This document shows positions 16,904-27,728 of a stretch of 64,000 bases of DNA, piece after piece (the stretch's first letter is position 1; every line of letters begins with the position of its first letter). The translations under genes and the position numbers were made by a program. Location: assembly GCA_048320885.1 (NCBI GenBank), contig JBLWFJ010000001.1:1477642-1541641 (forward strand), written 5' to 3'. This DNA is from Nannocystaceae bacterium ST9. GTDB taxonomy: Bacteria; Myxococcota_A; Polyangia; Nannocystales; Nannocystaceae. Under the pieces are notes generated by a model, which did not search any database, was not told the origin of the DNA, and was given only the letters and a program-made list of their open reading frames with translations.

Positions 16904-18610
16904 TCAGGGGATGAAGATCGTCTCGGCCAACATGCCGCCCGGGTAGGCGTAGCCCGCCGAATAACTGGCGTTGGTGAAGGTCGAGTAGCCGTACTGGATG
17001 ATCCCGAACGAGACGTCGCCGTGGATCTCGTGCGCGCCTTCGACGATCGGCACGGTCGCGATCTCCCACGCGCCGACGCTGGTCCAGGTCGTGACCGTCG
17101 CGCCGTCGAGCACGATCGTCGCCGCGCCGGCCGGTCGAATGACCTGCACGTAGTGGCGATCGTAGGAGAAGCCGGTCACGAACACGTAGCGATCGAGGAA
17201 CTGCTCGATCGGGACCATCTGGACCATCGCCGGCGAGCCGACGTCGCCGGCCGCGTAGTGGCCCGCCGTGTACTGGACCGGCATGAAGGGCCCGTCGCCG
17301 TCGAACACCAGATCGGTGCCGGTCGGGACCTCGAGATCGAAGTAGTCGCCGCGGTTGGCCAGCACGAAGGGCGAGCCCGGCTGCGGAGGCTCGACGTCGA
17401 TCGTCACGTCGTCGGCGCCCGAGTAGACCCGCCAGTAGTGATTCTCGGTGTCGCGGACCGGCGAGGCCGGCCCGACGTAGAGCTGCCCCCAGGTCTCGAG
17501 CGGGAGGTTCTGCTCTTGCACGAAGTCGGATCCGCCTTGGCACTCGGCGAGGATCGGCGCGGGCGGGGCACAGCCGGGGATGGCCTGGTCGGTCGCGCAG
17601 TAGGGCACCCGCAAGCCACGGACCGCCGACATCACCCAGATCGGCTTGTCGGCGCTGACGACCGTGCCCGAGAGGTCCTGCTCGCAGGGCGGTCGATCGA
17701 GCTTCTGCGAGGTGTCGATGCGGACGTTGTCGAAGCGGTTGAGCAGCTGCTCGCCGATCTGCCCGCCCTCGACGTAGGGCAGCGGCAGCGAGTCGCCGGC
17801 GGTCTCGACCGACGGCGTCCAGCGCAGCGTGGTCTGATCTTCCATGGCGATGACGATGAAGTAGCTGGGCGTGACGTAGGCCGGATAGCCGTAGACGACG
17901 TAGTCGTTGCGCAGGACGTGCTCGGGCAGGAGCAGCGAGGAGCCGTTGGTGGAGGAGCCCTCGTAGGGCGAGTGCAGGTAGGCGACGATCGGGAGGTCGC
18001 TGACGACGTGCTGGACGGCGCCGGATCGGTACTGCGAGGTCTGCTCGGCGTACTCGGTCAACTCCGGGTCGAGCAGGAACACGTGGGTCTCGCCGGGGGC
18101 GAGCATGATTGGCCCTTCGGCCAGTTGCTCTTGGTTGGTTCCCTCCGGCACAAAACGCAACTCCACGGTTGCCAATGACTCCGGGTCGGGGTTTCCGACC
18201 ACGAGCGCGTCCGGCGGCAGCTCGGACAGTTGCGGGGCCGCCTGGTACATGCTGGTGGCGTAGAAGGAGCAGCCCTGCGAGGACGGCTGGTCGATGAGCT
18301 GCTCACAGGGGCCGACGCAGCTGGCGACGCAGTCGCCGTCCTGCTCGAGAAAGCAGGGCTGACACTCCTGATAGGTGTCGCACGTCCGGGAGTCCCATCC
18401 GAGCCCCGTGGCGGTGCAAGTCTCGAGGGTCTCGGAGTCCGCGCACCGAAGCTCACCGGGTTGGCAGACGAGTTGCGGGCCGTCGTCGGCGGCGGTCTCG
18501 GTGGATGTCGCGCCGGAGAAGTCGGTGGCCGCGACTTCGTCGTCGACTGGCGGGGAAGAGGGTTGGCAGGCGGAGAGGAGGAAGAGGAGCGCGCAGGCAC
18601 TCAAGCGCAT
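16904..18610 (-). CDS. Cys-rich secreted lipoprotein, unknown function
   Basis: Lipobox LLSAC. N-terminal myxobacterial-type Cys-rich repeats, followed by a large beta-rich domain. Confidence 0.5.
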   Translation of the reverse strand: MRLSACALLFLLSACQPSSPPVDDEVAATDFSGATSTETAADDGPQLVCQPGELRCADSETLETCTATGLGWDSRTCDTYQECQPCFLEQDGDCVASCVGPCEQLIDQPSSQGCSFYATSMYQAAPQLSELPPDALVVGNPDPESLATVELRFVPEGTNQEQLAEGPIMLAPGETHVFLLDPELTEYAEQTSQYRSGAVQHVVSDLPIVAYLHSPYEGSSTNGSSLLLPEHVLRNDYVVYGYPAYVTPSYFIVIAMEDQTTLRWTPSVETAGDSLPLPYVEGGQIGEQLLNRFDNVRIDTSQKLDRPPCEQDLSGTVVSADKPIWVMSAVRGLRVPYCATDQAIPGCAPPAPILAECQGGSDFVQEQNLPLETWGQLYVGPASPVRDTENHYWRVYSGADDVTIDVEPPQPGSPFVLANRGDYFDLEVPTGTDLVFDGDGPFMPVQYTAGHYAAGDVGSPAMVQMVPIEQFLDRYVFVTGFSYDRHYVQVIRPAGAATIVLDGATVTTWTSVGAWEIATVPIVEGAHEIHGDVSFGIIQYGYSTFTNASYSAGYAYPGGMLAETIFIP

Positions 18611-18858
18611 CCTCCAATCCTACAGAAATTTTGAACCGAGAGTCCGGCTATCTTTTGGGTTGCGAGGGTGGGCGACCGAGGGTACCACCCGTGAAGCGAA
18701 CTGCTTTTACCGTGGTCTGCATGACGTCACCTGACACGGCAATCGACGATTCCCATCGAACTCGAGCCGAATCGTAATCTTCTGAACCAATCATGATATT
18801 ATACTCGCGACGAAGCCGCGATCGATCCTTTGTCGATCGCCAGCTGCCCGCGAGGAAT

Positions 18859-19731
18859 TCAAGGAGCCAACGAAGGACAACCCAAACGCACGCTCATCCA
18901 GTACGTCCCCGCGGGGAACATCACATTACGCTCTCCCGCACAAAAAGCTCGCAAGGCTTCGGCATAGCAATTTCGCCATTCACGATACGCAAGAATCGCC
19001 AAGGTTCGAACATGGGCACACGTCGACGCAAACCTGGGTCGAACATGCAATGCCTGGCGCTCCCGCGGCGGCGCGTCGTTCCAGTGCTGCGCGAAGACCT
19101 TTCGCATGCCGATCACGGGCGTCTCGATGGCGACGTCCTCGGCCTCGCGCACTCGATCAGCAACCGCTCGCTGGAGCATTTCATCGTCGAGAGAGGCGTA
19201 GATTTCCGGCCGAGTCAACACGAGCGTGGCCCGAGCTGGCATGGACTCGCTGAAGAAGACACGGGGTCGTTCGATCACTCGGCGTGTTCCGTACGCCATG
19301 CCCATCGACGTCGAGCCCTCCCAATGCCGGGCCCGGGATACCAGTCGAGCGGCGACCGGGTTGGCGTGAACGTAGGCGAGACGCTGAAAGATGGAATCTT
19401 CGTCCAACAACTCGACCCCATTGAATGGCTCTGGATCCCAGAAGCTGCCGCTCCGCCCGAGCAATTCGTTCATGGCGCGTGCGACCATGGCGTTGAGATA
19501 TTGTGCGAAGTCCGAGATCTTGCCGAGCGGATCGGTGACGACCAGGTGGTAGTGGTTGCTCATCACGACGAACGCGTGGAGCTTCAACCCGAACGACGCA
19601 CACGCGAGAGCGAGTACATATTCGAAGATCTGTCGGACCGCAGGGTCGGGTCGGAGAAAGAACCGCTGCTCCGAGCATCGACGGGTCACGAGATAAGTCG
19701 GACCGGGGAGAACTCGCCGTGGTTGGGTCAC
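18859..19731 (-). mobile_element. IS200-like / HuH (Y1) transposase-family protein (possible REP-associated tyrosine transposase)
   Basis: SNHYHLVV HuH-like motif and a downstream conserved Tyr region. The gene lies in a lower-GC patch (18650-19800) flanked by AT-rich DNA. Confidence 0.55.
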
Positions 19732-19865
19732 GTGGAGTCATCGGCCGCTCCTCGTCGTCATTGCAGATATTTTACCATATCGAAACAGTGTCATCCAGCA
19801 CACGACCAGCCGCCGCCCCAATCCAGGACTCTCGGTCCGGAGAGGGCTGCGGTACCGTCTCCGAG

Positions 19866-22800
19866 GTGTCCGCTCCGGACCGCGTCCTGCAAGTGCTCCC
19901 CACGCGCGAGCGGGTCGCCGAGCTCCTCCGCGCCCGCGTCCGCCAGCGAGGTGCCGCCCTCGCCCTCGGCCTCATCGACCTGCGCAGCCTCGAAGACCGG
20001 CTCCTGCGCGCCAGCGGCATGCAAGTCGTCGGCGCCACCGAGGCTCGGCTCGCGCTCGGAGCCGTCGCCCCCGAAGCCGCCCGCTCCACCACCCTCGCCG
20101 AGCTCGCCACCCAGCCCGGCTTCGCCGACGCCTTCCTCGAACTCTGGGACGCCCTGCGCCGCGCGGGCATCGAGCGCGACGACTTCGTGCGCCTCGCCGA
20201 GCGGCTCGCCCGAACCAACCCCCGCTCGAGCCCCGGACCGAGCCTCTCGGCCCGCCGCTTCGAAGCGCTCGCCAAGATCGCCGCCGCCTACGAAGACCGC
20301 CTCGCCGCTCGCCAAGTCGTCGACGGAGCGGGCGCTCGCCTGCGCCTCCCGGCCGCGCTGGCCGAGCTGAGCCCGAGCCGGATCCGCGCCCTGCTCGACG
20401 GCGCGAGCGTGGTCGAGTTCGACGGGATCGGCGAGGTCTCGGTCGTCCGCGCCCGCATGCTGCAGGCGCTCGCGCGCGCGGACGTCCGCGTGCGCGTGCT
20501 GGTCCCCGAGGTCCCGCCCAACCTCGCGGCCGCCGAGCTCGGCGTGGCGCTCGAGCTCTCGCGCCGCAACCTGATCGACGAGGCCCCCGACGTCGAGTTG
20601 ATCGCCCGCCCGCTCGCCCGCGCGGGGCTGCTGGCCTTCGTCGCGCCCGGCTCGGCCCGCAGCCTGATCGATCCGCGGATGGCCCAGCGCATCCGCCTGC
20701 TCGACGCCGAAGATCTGCGCGCCGAGCTGCGCGGCGTGTGTGCGGCGATTCGCGATCTCCTGCACGCCGGCGTCGCCCCCCACCGGATCACGCTTGCGAT
20801 CCCTCGCCTGCCCTGGCACCGCACCCGCGTGATCGCGGCGCTCGACTCGGCCGAGATCGCCTGGGACGAGGCCCGCCCGCGCACGCTCGTCCAGCACGCG
20901 GCCCCGCTCCGGCTCGCGCTCGCGCTGATCGAGGCGGCCGAGCGCGGGCTCCCGCGCGAGGAGCTGGCCGCGGTGCTCGAGTCGGCCTACGTGATCAAGC
21001 GCGGCTCCTCGCTGCTGATCCAGGCCCTGCGCGAGGCCGGCTCGCGCGACGATCGAGGCCCGGGCCACCTCGCCCGCCTCCGCCAGCACGCCGAGCGGCT
21101 CGCTCGCGGATCGCCGCGCGAGCAAGACCGTGCGACCAAGCTGCTCGCGCTCGCCGACGACTGGCAGCGCCCCTTCGAACGCCTGAAGCTGCGCGACCAA
21201 GCGACGCTCGCCGATCACCTCGACGATCTGTTCGCGGCCCTGCGCACGCTCGGGGTCCCGCGTCGCTGCCTCAACCTGCCGGGCGTCGGCATGGGGGCTC
21301 GCGAGCGTCGCTTCGAACGTGACGCCGTGCTGGCGCTGGCCCGCGATCGCCAGGCCCTCGAGGCGCTCGAAGTCGCGGGCCACGGGCTGGTCGAGGCCGC
21401 GAAGGCGGTCGGGATCGCCGAGCGAGCGATCGGCCTGACCGAGTTTCGCGGCCACCTCGAGGCCGCGCTCGCGGGGCTGGCCGGACCGCCGCCGAGCGTG
21501 CGGGGCTCCGGCGTGGCGCTGCGCGACCTCGCCGAGTTCGCCGGCTCGACCACCGATCACCTCTTCGTGCTGCACGCGGTCGAGGGCGAGCTGCCCGGGC
21601 CCGGCCGCGCGCTGCCCTTCCTCGACGAAGACGATCGGCTCGCGCTCGATCGCGCCGCCGGCCGGCCCGTGCTCGCCCCGCCCGGCGCCGCCGATGCGGC
21701 CGCGTTCGCGCTCGCCTGCGCAGGCGCGCGCGAGGGCCTGGTGATCAGCTGCCATCGGCAAGACGGCGAAGGTCGCGAGCTGCTGCGCTCGCGCTGGTTC
21801 GTCGCGCTCGCCGACGCGCTGCGATCGACTCGCGAGCTGCCGGCCAGCGTGGTCGCCCCGCTCGCGCTCGCCAGCACGCGCGGCCAGGTGCTCGCGCGGC
21901 TCGGTCTGCAGGCCGCCCAGGAGGCCGAGCTCGACGGCCCCGCGCTCGCGCTGCTCGAGCTCGGCGTGCACACTCGGCCCGAGCTCGCGCGCGCGCTGGC
22001 CTGGATCCGTGCGCGCGCGTCCGATCCTCAGCGCGCGCGCGTCCGACTCGATCCGAGCACGCTGGCGCTGGCCCACCGCCTGCTCGACTTCGACGCGAGC
22101 GGCCAGCGAGCGGCGACGCCCGAGCAGGCCGGGCTGGTCTGGCGCGGCTCCGCGACCGCGCTCGAGCACTACGCGAGCTGCCCCTTTCGCCTGTTCGCCG
22201 ACCGCGTGCTGCGAGTCCGTCCGCGGCCCTCGATCCGCGACGAGCTCGACGCCCGCGAGCAGGGCCAGGTCCGCCACCAAGTCCTCTTCGAAGTCATGCA
22301 GGCGCTGCGCGAAGCCGGGCTCACGCCCTTGCGCGGCGGCGATCAGACCTGGCGAGAGAACGAGCTCGCGCTCGAGGTCTGCGAGGGCGTGCTCGATCGC
22401 TGGCAGGCCCGCGAGCGGACCGGACCGCGCGCGCTGTGGATCCTCCACCGCGATCTGGTCGTCCGCGATCTCCTGCGTCTGCTCGAGGGTGAGCGACGGG
22501 CGGCGATCGAGGCCTGGGAGCCCGAGCAATTCGAGCGCGGCTTCGGCCTGCCCGATCCCGCCGACGCCACCCGGATCGAGGGCGAGCCGCTGGCGATCCC
22601 CAGCCGCGAGGGTCAGCGCCGCTTCGAACTGGTCGGTCGGGTCGATCGGATCGACGCGCGCGGCGAGGGCCGCGAGCGCGAGGGCCTGGTCATCGACTAC
22701 AAATCCGGCCGAGTCGGCGAGCGTCTGCGCTACGACCAGCTCGCGCGCACCCAGCTGCAGCTGCCGCTCTACGCCGCGTGGCTGGCCGCCGTCCGTCCCG

Positions 22801-23207
22801 AGCTCGACCACGCCGACGCCATGTACGTGTCGCTGCGCGACGGCGAGCGATCGAAGGTCTCGATGCTCGACCTCGTGCTCTCGAGCGTCGAGCTCGATGG
22901 CCTGCTCGAGCTCGCCCCGGATCGCCGCGCCGAGCTGCGCGAGCGGGCCCGCGGCGAGGCCAAGCCCGGCGATCCGATCGGCGCCCCGCGGCTGGCCGCC
23001 GGCGCGCTCGATCTGCCCGCGACCGGCCAGCGCAACCTGGCCGACAACGTCTGGGCGCTGCTGACCGGGATCGCCGAGGGTCACTTCGACGTGCGGCCCT
23101 TCGAGGCCGGTCGAACCTGCGCGCTGTGTCCCTTCGGCGTGGTCTGTCGGATCGAGCGTGGCGACGAGCTCGGCGGCGTCGCGGCCGGCGAGGAGCCCGA
23201 GCCATGA
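19866..23207 (+). CDS. addB: AddB-like PD-(D/E)xK nuclease subunit of an AddAB-type helicase-nuclease
   Basis: C-terminal nuclease motif (VIDYKSG) and Fe-S Cys cluster (CALCPFGVVC). Followed by, and overlapping (ATGA), the AddA-like helicase gene. The start is uncertain: the ORF extends to 19719 but its upstream part is AT-rich. Confidence 0.65.
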   Translation: MSAPDRVLQVLPTRERVAELLRARVRQRGAALALGLIDLRSLEDRLLRASGMQVVGATEARLALGAVAPEAARSTTLAELATQPGFADAFLELWDALRRAGIERDDFVRLAERLARTNPRSSPGPSLSARRFEALAKIAAAYEDRLAARQVVDGAGARLRLPAALAELSPSRIRALLDGASVVEFDGIGEVSVVRARMLQALARADVRVRVLVPEVPPNLAAAELGVALELSRRNLIDEAPDVELIARPLARAGLLAFVAPGSARSLIDPRMAQRIRLLDAEDLRAELRGVCAAIRDLLHAGVAPHRITLAIPRLPWHRTRVIAALDSAEIAWDEARPRTLVQHAAPLRLALALIEAAERGLPREELAAVLESAYVIKRGSSLLIQALREAGSRDDRGPGHLARLRQHAERLARGSPREQDRATKLLALADDWQRPFERLKLRDQATLADHLDDLFAALRTLGVPRRCLNLPGVGMGARERRFERDAVLALARDRQALEALEVAGHGLVEAAKAVGIAERAIGLTEFRGHLEAALAGLAGPPPSVRGSGVALRDLAEFAGSTTDHLFVLHAVEGELPGPGRALPFLDEDDRLALDRAAGRPVLAPPGAADAAAFALACAGAREGLVISCHRQDGEGRELLRSRWFVALADALRSTRELPASVVAPLALASTRGQVLARLGLQAAQEAELDGPALALLELGVHTRPELARALAWIRARASDPQRARVRLDPSTLALAHRLLDFDASGQRAATPEQAGLVWRGSATALEHYASCPFRLFADRVLRVRPRPSIRDELDAREQGQVRHQVLFEVMQALREAGLTPLRGGDQTWRENELALEVCEGVLDRWQARERTGPRALWILHRDLVVRDLLRLLEGERRAAIEAWEPEQFERGFGLPDPADATRIEGEPLAIPSREGQRRFELVGRVDRIDARGEGREREGLVIDYKSGRVGERLRYDQLARTQLQLPLYAAWLAAVRPELDHADAMYVSLRDGERSKVSMLDLVLSSVELDGLLELAPDRRAELRERARGEAKPGDPIGAPRLAAGALDLPATGQRNLADNVWALLTGIAEGHFDVRPFEAGRTCALCPFGVVCRIERGDELGGVAAGEEPEP

Positions 23208-26200
23208 GCGAGACCGACGACCAGGGCAGCGCGCTCGGGCTCGAGCTCGACGCCAACTTGGTGCTGGCCGCGGGCGCGGGCGCGGGCAAGACCCACACGC
23301 TGGTCACGGTCGCGCTCGCGCTCTACGTCGGAGCCGGCCGCAGCGGTCGCGCGCCGCTCGAGCCCGCACGGGTGTGGGCGGTGACCTTCACCGAGAAGGC
23401 CGCTCGCGAGCTTCGCCAACGAATCGTCCAGCGCGCTCGCATCTTGGCCGACGACCCCGACGCCATGAATCACGAGCCCGAGCTGGCCGCGCTGCTCGGC
23501 GAGCACGTGCTCCCGGCCGATCGTTGGCGGCGGGTGGTCGAGCAGCTGGCCGGCGCGCCGATCGGCACCTTCCACGCCCTGTGCGGCCAGCTGCTGCGCG
23601 GCTTCGCGGTCGAGGCCGGGATCGATCCCTCGTTCGGTGTACTCGAGGAGAACGCGGCCGACGAGCTGTTCGAGCGGGTGCTCGACGAGGTGCTGCTCGA
23701 CGAGCTCGAGGCCAGCGACGACTCGCACACCCGCGCGGCCGCGCGGGCGCTGGGCAGCCCCGACACGTTGCGCGCGGCGCTGCGACGCCTGCACGCCAAG
23801 CTCGGCGAAGAGGGCCGCGATCCCGACTCGCTGCTGCGCGACGCCCAGGGCCTGCCGCGCGCCGGCTTCGATCGTGCGGCGATCGAGCTCGAGCTGGCCG
23901 CGGCCTGTCGGGTGCTCGCGCGCGCGATCGATCTGCTCGAGCAGTCGCGCGAGGATCGACTGCGCCCGACCACGCGCGCGCTGGCGATCGAGCGCAAGCG
24001 GATCGGCGCGTGCGAGCCCGAGCGGATCGAGCACTGGTACGGCGCGCTGGTCCGGGTCGCGAGTCAGCGGCGCGGCGGCGGCAGCCTGCCCAAGCCGGCC
24101 CGGCGGATCTGGGAGCCCTTCGCCGAGGCCTGGGAGCGCGTGCAAGACGGCGTGGCCGCGCTCGCCGAGCAGCAGCTGGCCACGCGGATCGTCGCGCTGC
24201 TCGATCGGATCGCGCTCGCCTATCGACAGGAGAAGCAGCGCCAGGGCGTGCTCGACTTCGTCGACCTGGTCCGCCGCGCCCACGATCTGCTCCGCGACGA
24301 TCTCGTCGTGCGTCGCCAGGTCAAGCAGCGGATCGGCGCGCTGCTGGTCGACGAGTTCCAAGACACCAACGGCCTGCAGCTCGACCTCGTCCACCTGCTC
24401 GCCGAGGATCGCGGCCGCGAGCGCGAGGTCCCGAACGGCGCGCGGGCCAGCGAGCTGCTGCCGCTCGGCGAGCGGGTGTTCGCGGCGGTCGGCGATCGCA
24501 AGCAGTCGATCTACGAATTCCGCGGCGCCGACGTGGCGCTCTTCCAGCAGCTCGCAGCGCGGGCGCGCGGGCGCGAGGCCGGCCTGCGTCTGCACGCGCT
24601 GCGCCGCAGCTGGCGATCGCGGCCGCGCCTGGTCGAGTTCGGCAACCGGCTCTTCGCTCGCCTGCTGATCAGCGACGACCCCGAGGGCTTCGCGGTCGAC
24701 TGGGTCGACGACGAGGATCGACTCGAGCCGGTCCGCGAAGATCACCCCGCACAAGCCGATCTGCCGGTCGTGCAATTGCTCTGCGGCGATCCGGCCCTCG
24801 ATCTGCGCGAACAGAGGATCCATCAGCCCAAGCTGCTCGCCGAGCACCTCGGCCTGCTGCTCGAGGCTCGCCCGCCGCTCGGGCGCAGCGGGCCCGAGGG
24901 CGAGCCTCGTCCGCTGCGCGGCGCCGACGTGGCGATCCTGTTTCAGTCGCACACCCACGTCGCTCGCTATCGCCGGGCGCTGAGCGATCGCGGGATCGCG
25001 TCGATCGTCGTCGGCGGCCGCGGCTTTCATGGCGCTCGCGAGGTCCGCGAGCTCGCGGCGCTCGCCCAGGCGATCGCCGATCCCCGCGACCGCATGGCCA
25101 GCGCGGCGGTCTGGCGCTCGCCGGTGTGGGGGATCGACGACGCGGCCATGGTCGCGCTCGCGGCCGCCGACGCGCTCGCGCTGTGGACCCACCGCGAAGG
25201 CTGCACCGTCGAGCTCGCGGCTCCGCAGGCCGCCCAGGTCACCCACATGGCTCGGCTGGTCGTGCGCCTGCATCACGAGCTCGATCGCCTGGGCCCCGCT
25301 CGCACGCTCCGCTTCGCCGTCGATCGACTCGGGCTGCGCGAGGTCTTGGCCTGGGACCCGACCGGCGAGCAGCGGATCGCCAACGTCGACAAGCTGCTCG
25401 GGTTGCTCGACTCGCGCGACTACGCCGGGCTCGGAGCGCTGGCCAGCGCCCGCCGGCTGATCGAGCGCGGCGAGGATCCCCGCGATCGCGAGGCCCCGGC
25501 CGAGGTCGCGGCCGCGGCCGATCCCAACGCGGTGCGGATCATGACCGTGCACGCGGCCAAGGGCCTCGAGTTTCCGGTCGTGATCGTGCCCGAGCTGGGC
25601 GCCGAGCCGCGCGGTCAAGACGGGCCCGTGACCTTCGAGCGCGAGCTCGGCCTGGCCGTGGTCAGCCCCGACTTCGTCGGCCGTCGGCGACCGAGCGCGC
25701 ACGCCAAGCAGGTCGCCGAGCGACTCGAGCAGCGGCGCGACGCCGAGAGTCGCCGGCTCTTCTACGTCGCGGCCACGCGCGCGCGCGACCTGTTGATCCT
25801 GCTCGGCGAGGCGCCCGAGAGCCAGGCCAAGCAGGCCAGCGAGACCAGCTGGCGACGCATGCTCGACGCCGTGCTGCCGGACCTCGACGACGTCGTCCAG
25901 CGCGTCGACTACGGGCGGGTGATCTCGATCGAGGGCAAGCCCGGCGAGACCGGGATGGCGTGGCTGCTCGATCGCGTCGCCGCGCTGCGCCGCCAGGCCA
26001 CGCAGACGCCCGAGCCCGAAGCGCTCGTGCCCGAGATCGAACCAGCGTCGGAGCTCGAAGAGTCCACGCCGCCACCCGAGCCCGACCCAGAATCAGAACC
26101 CGAGCTCGACACGCCCGACGAGCTCGAGCGCGCGCTCGCTCGCAGCGAGCCCCTGCACCTGCGCGCGTGCGAGCTCGACATCTCGCTCGCCGGCCTGGCC

Positions 26201-27235
26201 GAGTTCGACAAGTGTCCGCGCCGCTACCTGCTCTCGCACGTGGTCGGGATCGACACGCCCGCGCTCGCCGAGCAGGTCGCGATCCGCGGGCTTCAGCTCT
26301 TGCCTTGGGTCCCGCGTCGGCGCGACGACGACGAGGCCGGCGACCGCCCGCCACCGAGCCTGGCCGAGGCTCGCTCGCGCGGTCGCTTCGTCCACTACCT
26401 GCTCGGTCGGATCGATCTCGATCGGCTCGGCCGCGATCCCGAGCGCGCGCTCGAGGGCTTCGCGGATCAAGACCACATCCCCGACGATCTCTGGCGAGAG
26501 GTCCGCGGCGATCTGCTCCGCTTCACGACCCGACCCTGGATGCGCGAGCTGATCGCCGTGCACCGCGAGGACCCGCGTCGAGTGCTGCGCTCGCTGCCCT
26601 TCGCGCTGGCCCTGCCGGGGATCCACGCCGCCGACGCCCCGACCAGGCCCGACCAGGGCGAGCGCGTGCACCTCGATCTCTTCGCGCCCTTGCAAGCCGA
26701 GCGCGCGCCGATGCCCGAGGGCACGGTGATCGTCCGCGGCCGCATGGACCTGGTCTGGATCGACGATCGCGGCCGGCTCAACCTGGTCGACTGGCAGTAC
26801 GCCAAGGCCCCGGCGCAGCGCGAGGCCGTGCTCGACCCCGAGCAGATCGCCGGCTTTCGTCGGCTCGCGCAAGCCTGGGCGCTGCGCCGGCTCTGGGGCG
26901 AGCAGGTCCCGATCGCCGCGGGGGCGGTGTTCCTGCGTGAAGCCGAGGCCGACCCCGGGCTGGTCGAGCTCGCCGACGATCAATTGATCGCGTTCGAGCA
27001 GCGCCTGCGCACCAGCGCCGGCCGCCTGCTGCGGATCGAGCTGGGCGAGCACACCGACGACTGGATCGAGCCCTGGCCCAAGCTCGATCGGATCGAGGCC
27101 TGCGGCGAGTGCCTGCACATCGGCCGGTGCTGGAAGGGCCAGTACGAGGGCGAGAGCGAGTCGCCGGTGCTGGCCAGCGAGGTCGAGGCGAGCGAGCCGG
27201 TCGATCCGCTCGACCTCGACGACGATCGCCGATGA
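23204..27235 (+). CDS. addA: AddA-like UvrD-family helicase/nuclease
   Basis: Walker A AGAGAGKTH, UvrD motifs, and a C-terminal nuclease with Cys cluster (CGECLHIGRC). Confidence 0.75.
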   Translation: MSETDDQGSALGLELDANLVLAAGAGAGKTHTLVTVALALYVGAGRSGRAPLEPARVWAVTFTEKAARELRQRIVQRARILADDPDAMNHEPELAALLGEHVLPADRWRRVVEQLAGAPIGTFHALCGQLLRGFAVEAGIDPSFGVLEENAADELFERVLDEVLLDELEASDDSHTRAAARALGSPDTLRAALRRLHAKLGEEGRDPDSLLRDAQGLPRAGFDRAAIELELAAACRVLARAIDLLEQSREDRLRPTTRALAIERKRIGACEPERIEHWYGALVRVASQRRGGGSLPKPARRIWEPFAEAWERVQDGVAALAEQQLATRIVALLDRIALAYRQEKQRQGVLDFVDLVRRAHDLLRDDLVVRRQVKQRIGALLVDEFQDTNGLQLDLVHLLAEDRGREREVPNGARASELLPLGERVFAAVGDRKQSIYEFRGADVALFQQLAARARGREAGLRLHALRRSWRSRPRLVEFGNRLFARLLISDDPEGFAVDWVDDEDRLEPVREDHPAQADLPVVQLLCGDPALDLREQRIHQPKLLAEHLGLLLEARPPLGRSGPEGEPRPLRGADVAILFQSHTHVARYRRALSDRGIASIVVGGRGFHGAREVRELAALAQAIADPRDRMASAAVWRSPVWGIDDAAMVALAAADALALWTHREGCTVELAAPQAAQVTHMARLVVRLHHELDRLGPARTLRFAVDRLGLREVLAWDPTGEQRIANVDKLLGLLDSRDYAGLGALASARRLIERGEDPRDREAPAEVAAAADPNAVRIMTVHAAKGLEFPVVIVPELGAEPRGQDGPVTFERELGLAVVSPDFVGRRRPSAHAKQVAERLEQRRDAESRRLFYVAATRARDLLILLGEAPESQAKQASETSWRRMLDAVLPDLDDVVQRVDYGRVISIEGKPGETGMAWLLDRVAALRRQATQTPEPEALVPEIEPASELEESTPPPEPDPESEPELDTPDELERALARSEPLHLRACELDISLAGLAEFDKCPRRYLLSHVVGIDTPALAEQVAIRGLQLLPWVPRRRDDDEAGDRPPPSLAEARSRGRFVHYLLGRIDLDRLGRDPERALEGFADQDHIPDDLWREVRGDLLRFTTRPWMRELIAVHREDPRRVLRSLPFALALPGIHAADAPTRPDQGERVHLDLFAPLQAERAPMPEGTVIVRGRMDLVWIDDRGRLNLVDWQYAKAPAQREAVLDPEQIAGFRRLAQAWALRRLWGEQVPIAAGAVFLREAEADPGLVELADDQLIAFEQRLRTSAGRLLRIELGEHTDDWIEPWPKLDRIEACGECLHIGRCWKGQYEGESESPVLASEVEASEPVDPLDLDDDRR

Positions 27236-27260
27236 TCCTCGGATGATGCTCGGATGATCC

Positions 27261-27728
27261 TCAGTCGCTGATCGCCAGGATCTTCGTGGCCAGCCAGTCG
27301 AGCACGCGCAGCCAGCCATCGGCGTGGCCCTGGCACGAGCTCGCGCTGGCGAAGCCCGAGTGGGTGACCTGGACCTTGGTCCCGCCCGCGGTAGCGATCA
27401 GCTCGTAGGTGATCGTCGTGACCGCGAAGTCGTCCCAGCTCGGGCGCCAGGTCATGACCAGGCGGTGCGGGGCCTCGATCGTCTCGAACACACCCTCGAC
27501 GGTCGACACGCCGCCATCGAGCCCGATCGCCTTGCAGCGCCACGCGCCGCCGGGCCGCAGATCGAGCTGCCAGTCCTCGGTGCGGTACATGTCCGGCGAG
27601 CCCCACCACGCGGCCAGCTGGTTCGGGAGGGTCAGGGCTCGAAACACGCGGGCGGGCGGGGCTGCGATCTCGACCGTCGCGTGGACGGTCGAGCGCTCGA
27701 GATCGACGAGGGCCGTGGCTGCGCTCAT
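27261..27728 (-). CDS. SRPBCC (AHSA1/activator of Hsp90 ATPase-like) family protein
   Basis: ~155-aa polyketide-cyclase/START-like fold. Start overlaps the ArsR stop (ATGA). Confidence 0.6.
   Translation of the reverse strand: MSAATALVDLERSTVHATVEIAAPPARVFRALTLPNQLAAWWGSPDMYRTEDWQLDLRPGGAWRCKAIGLDGGVSTVEGVFETIEAPHRLVMTWRPSWDDFAVTTITYELIATAGGTKVQVTHSGFASASSCQGHADGWLRVLDWLATKILAISD

Noticed and set aside
14709-17543. 944-aa minus-strand ORF
   Set aside because: Alternate frame over the lipoprotein, LysR and Cys-rich lipoprotein genes. Extreme Arg content (RRRR runs). No domain signatures.
22778-27235. 1485-aa ORF as a single AddA protein
   Set aside because: Its upstream 140 codons overlap the addB 3' end in another frame. 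A proper ATG (MSETDDQ) at 23204 with stop-start overlap to addB gives a standard AddA.
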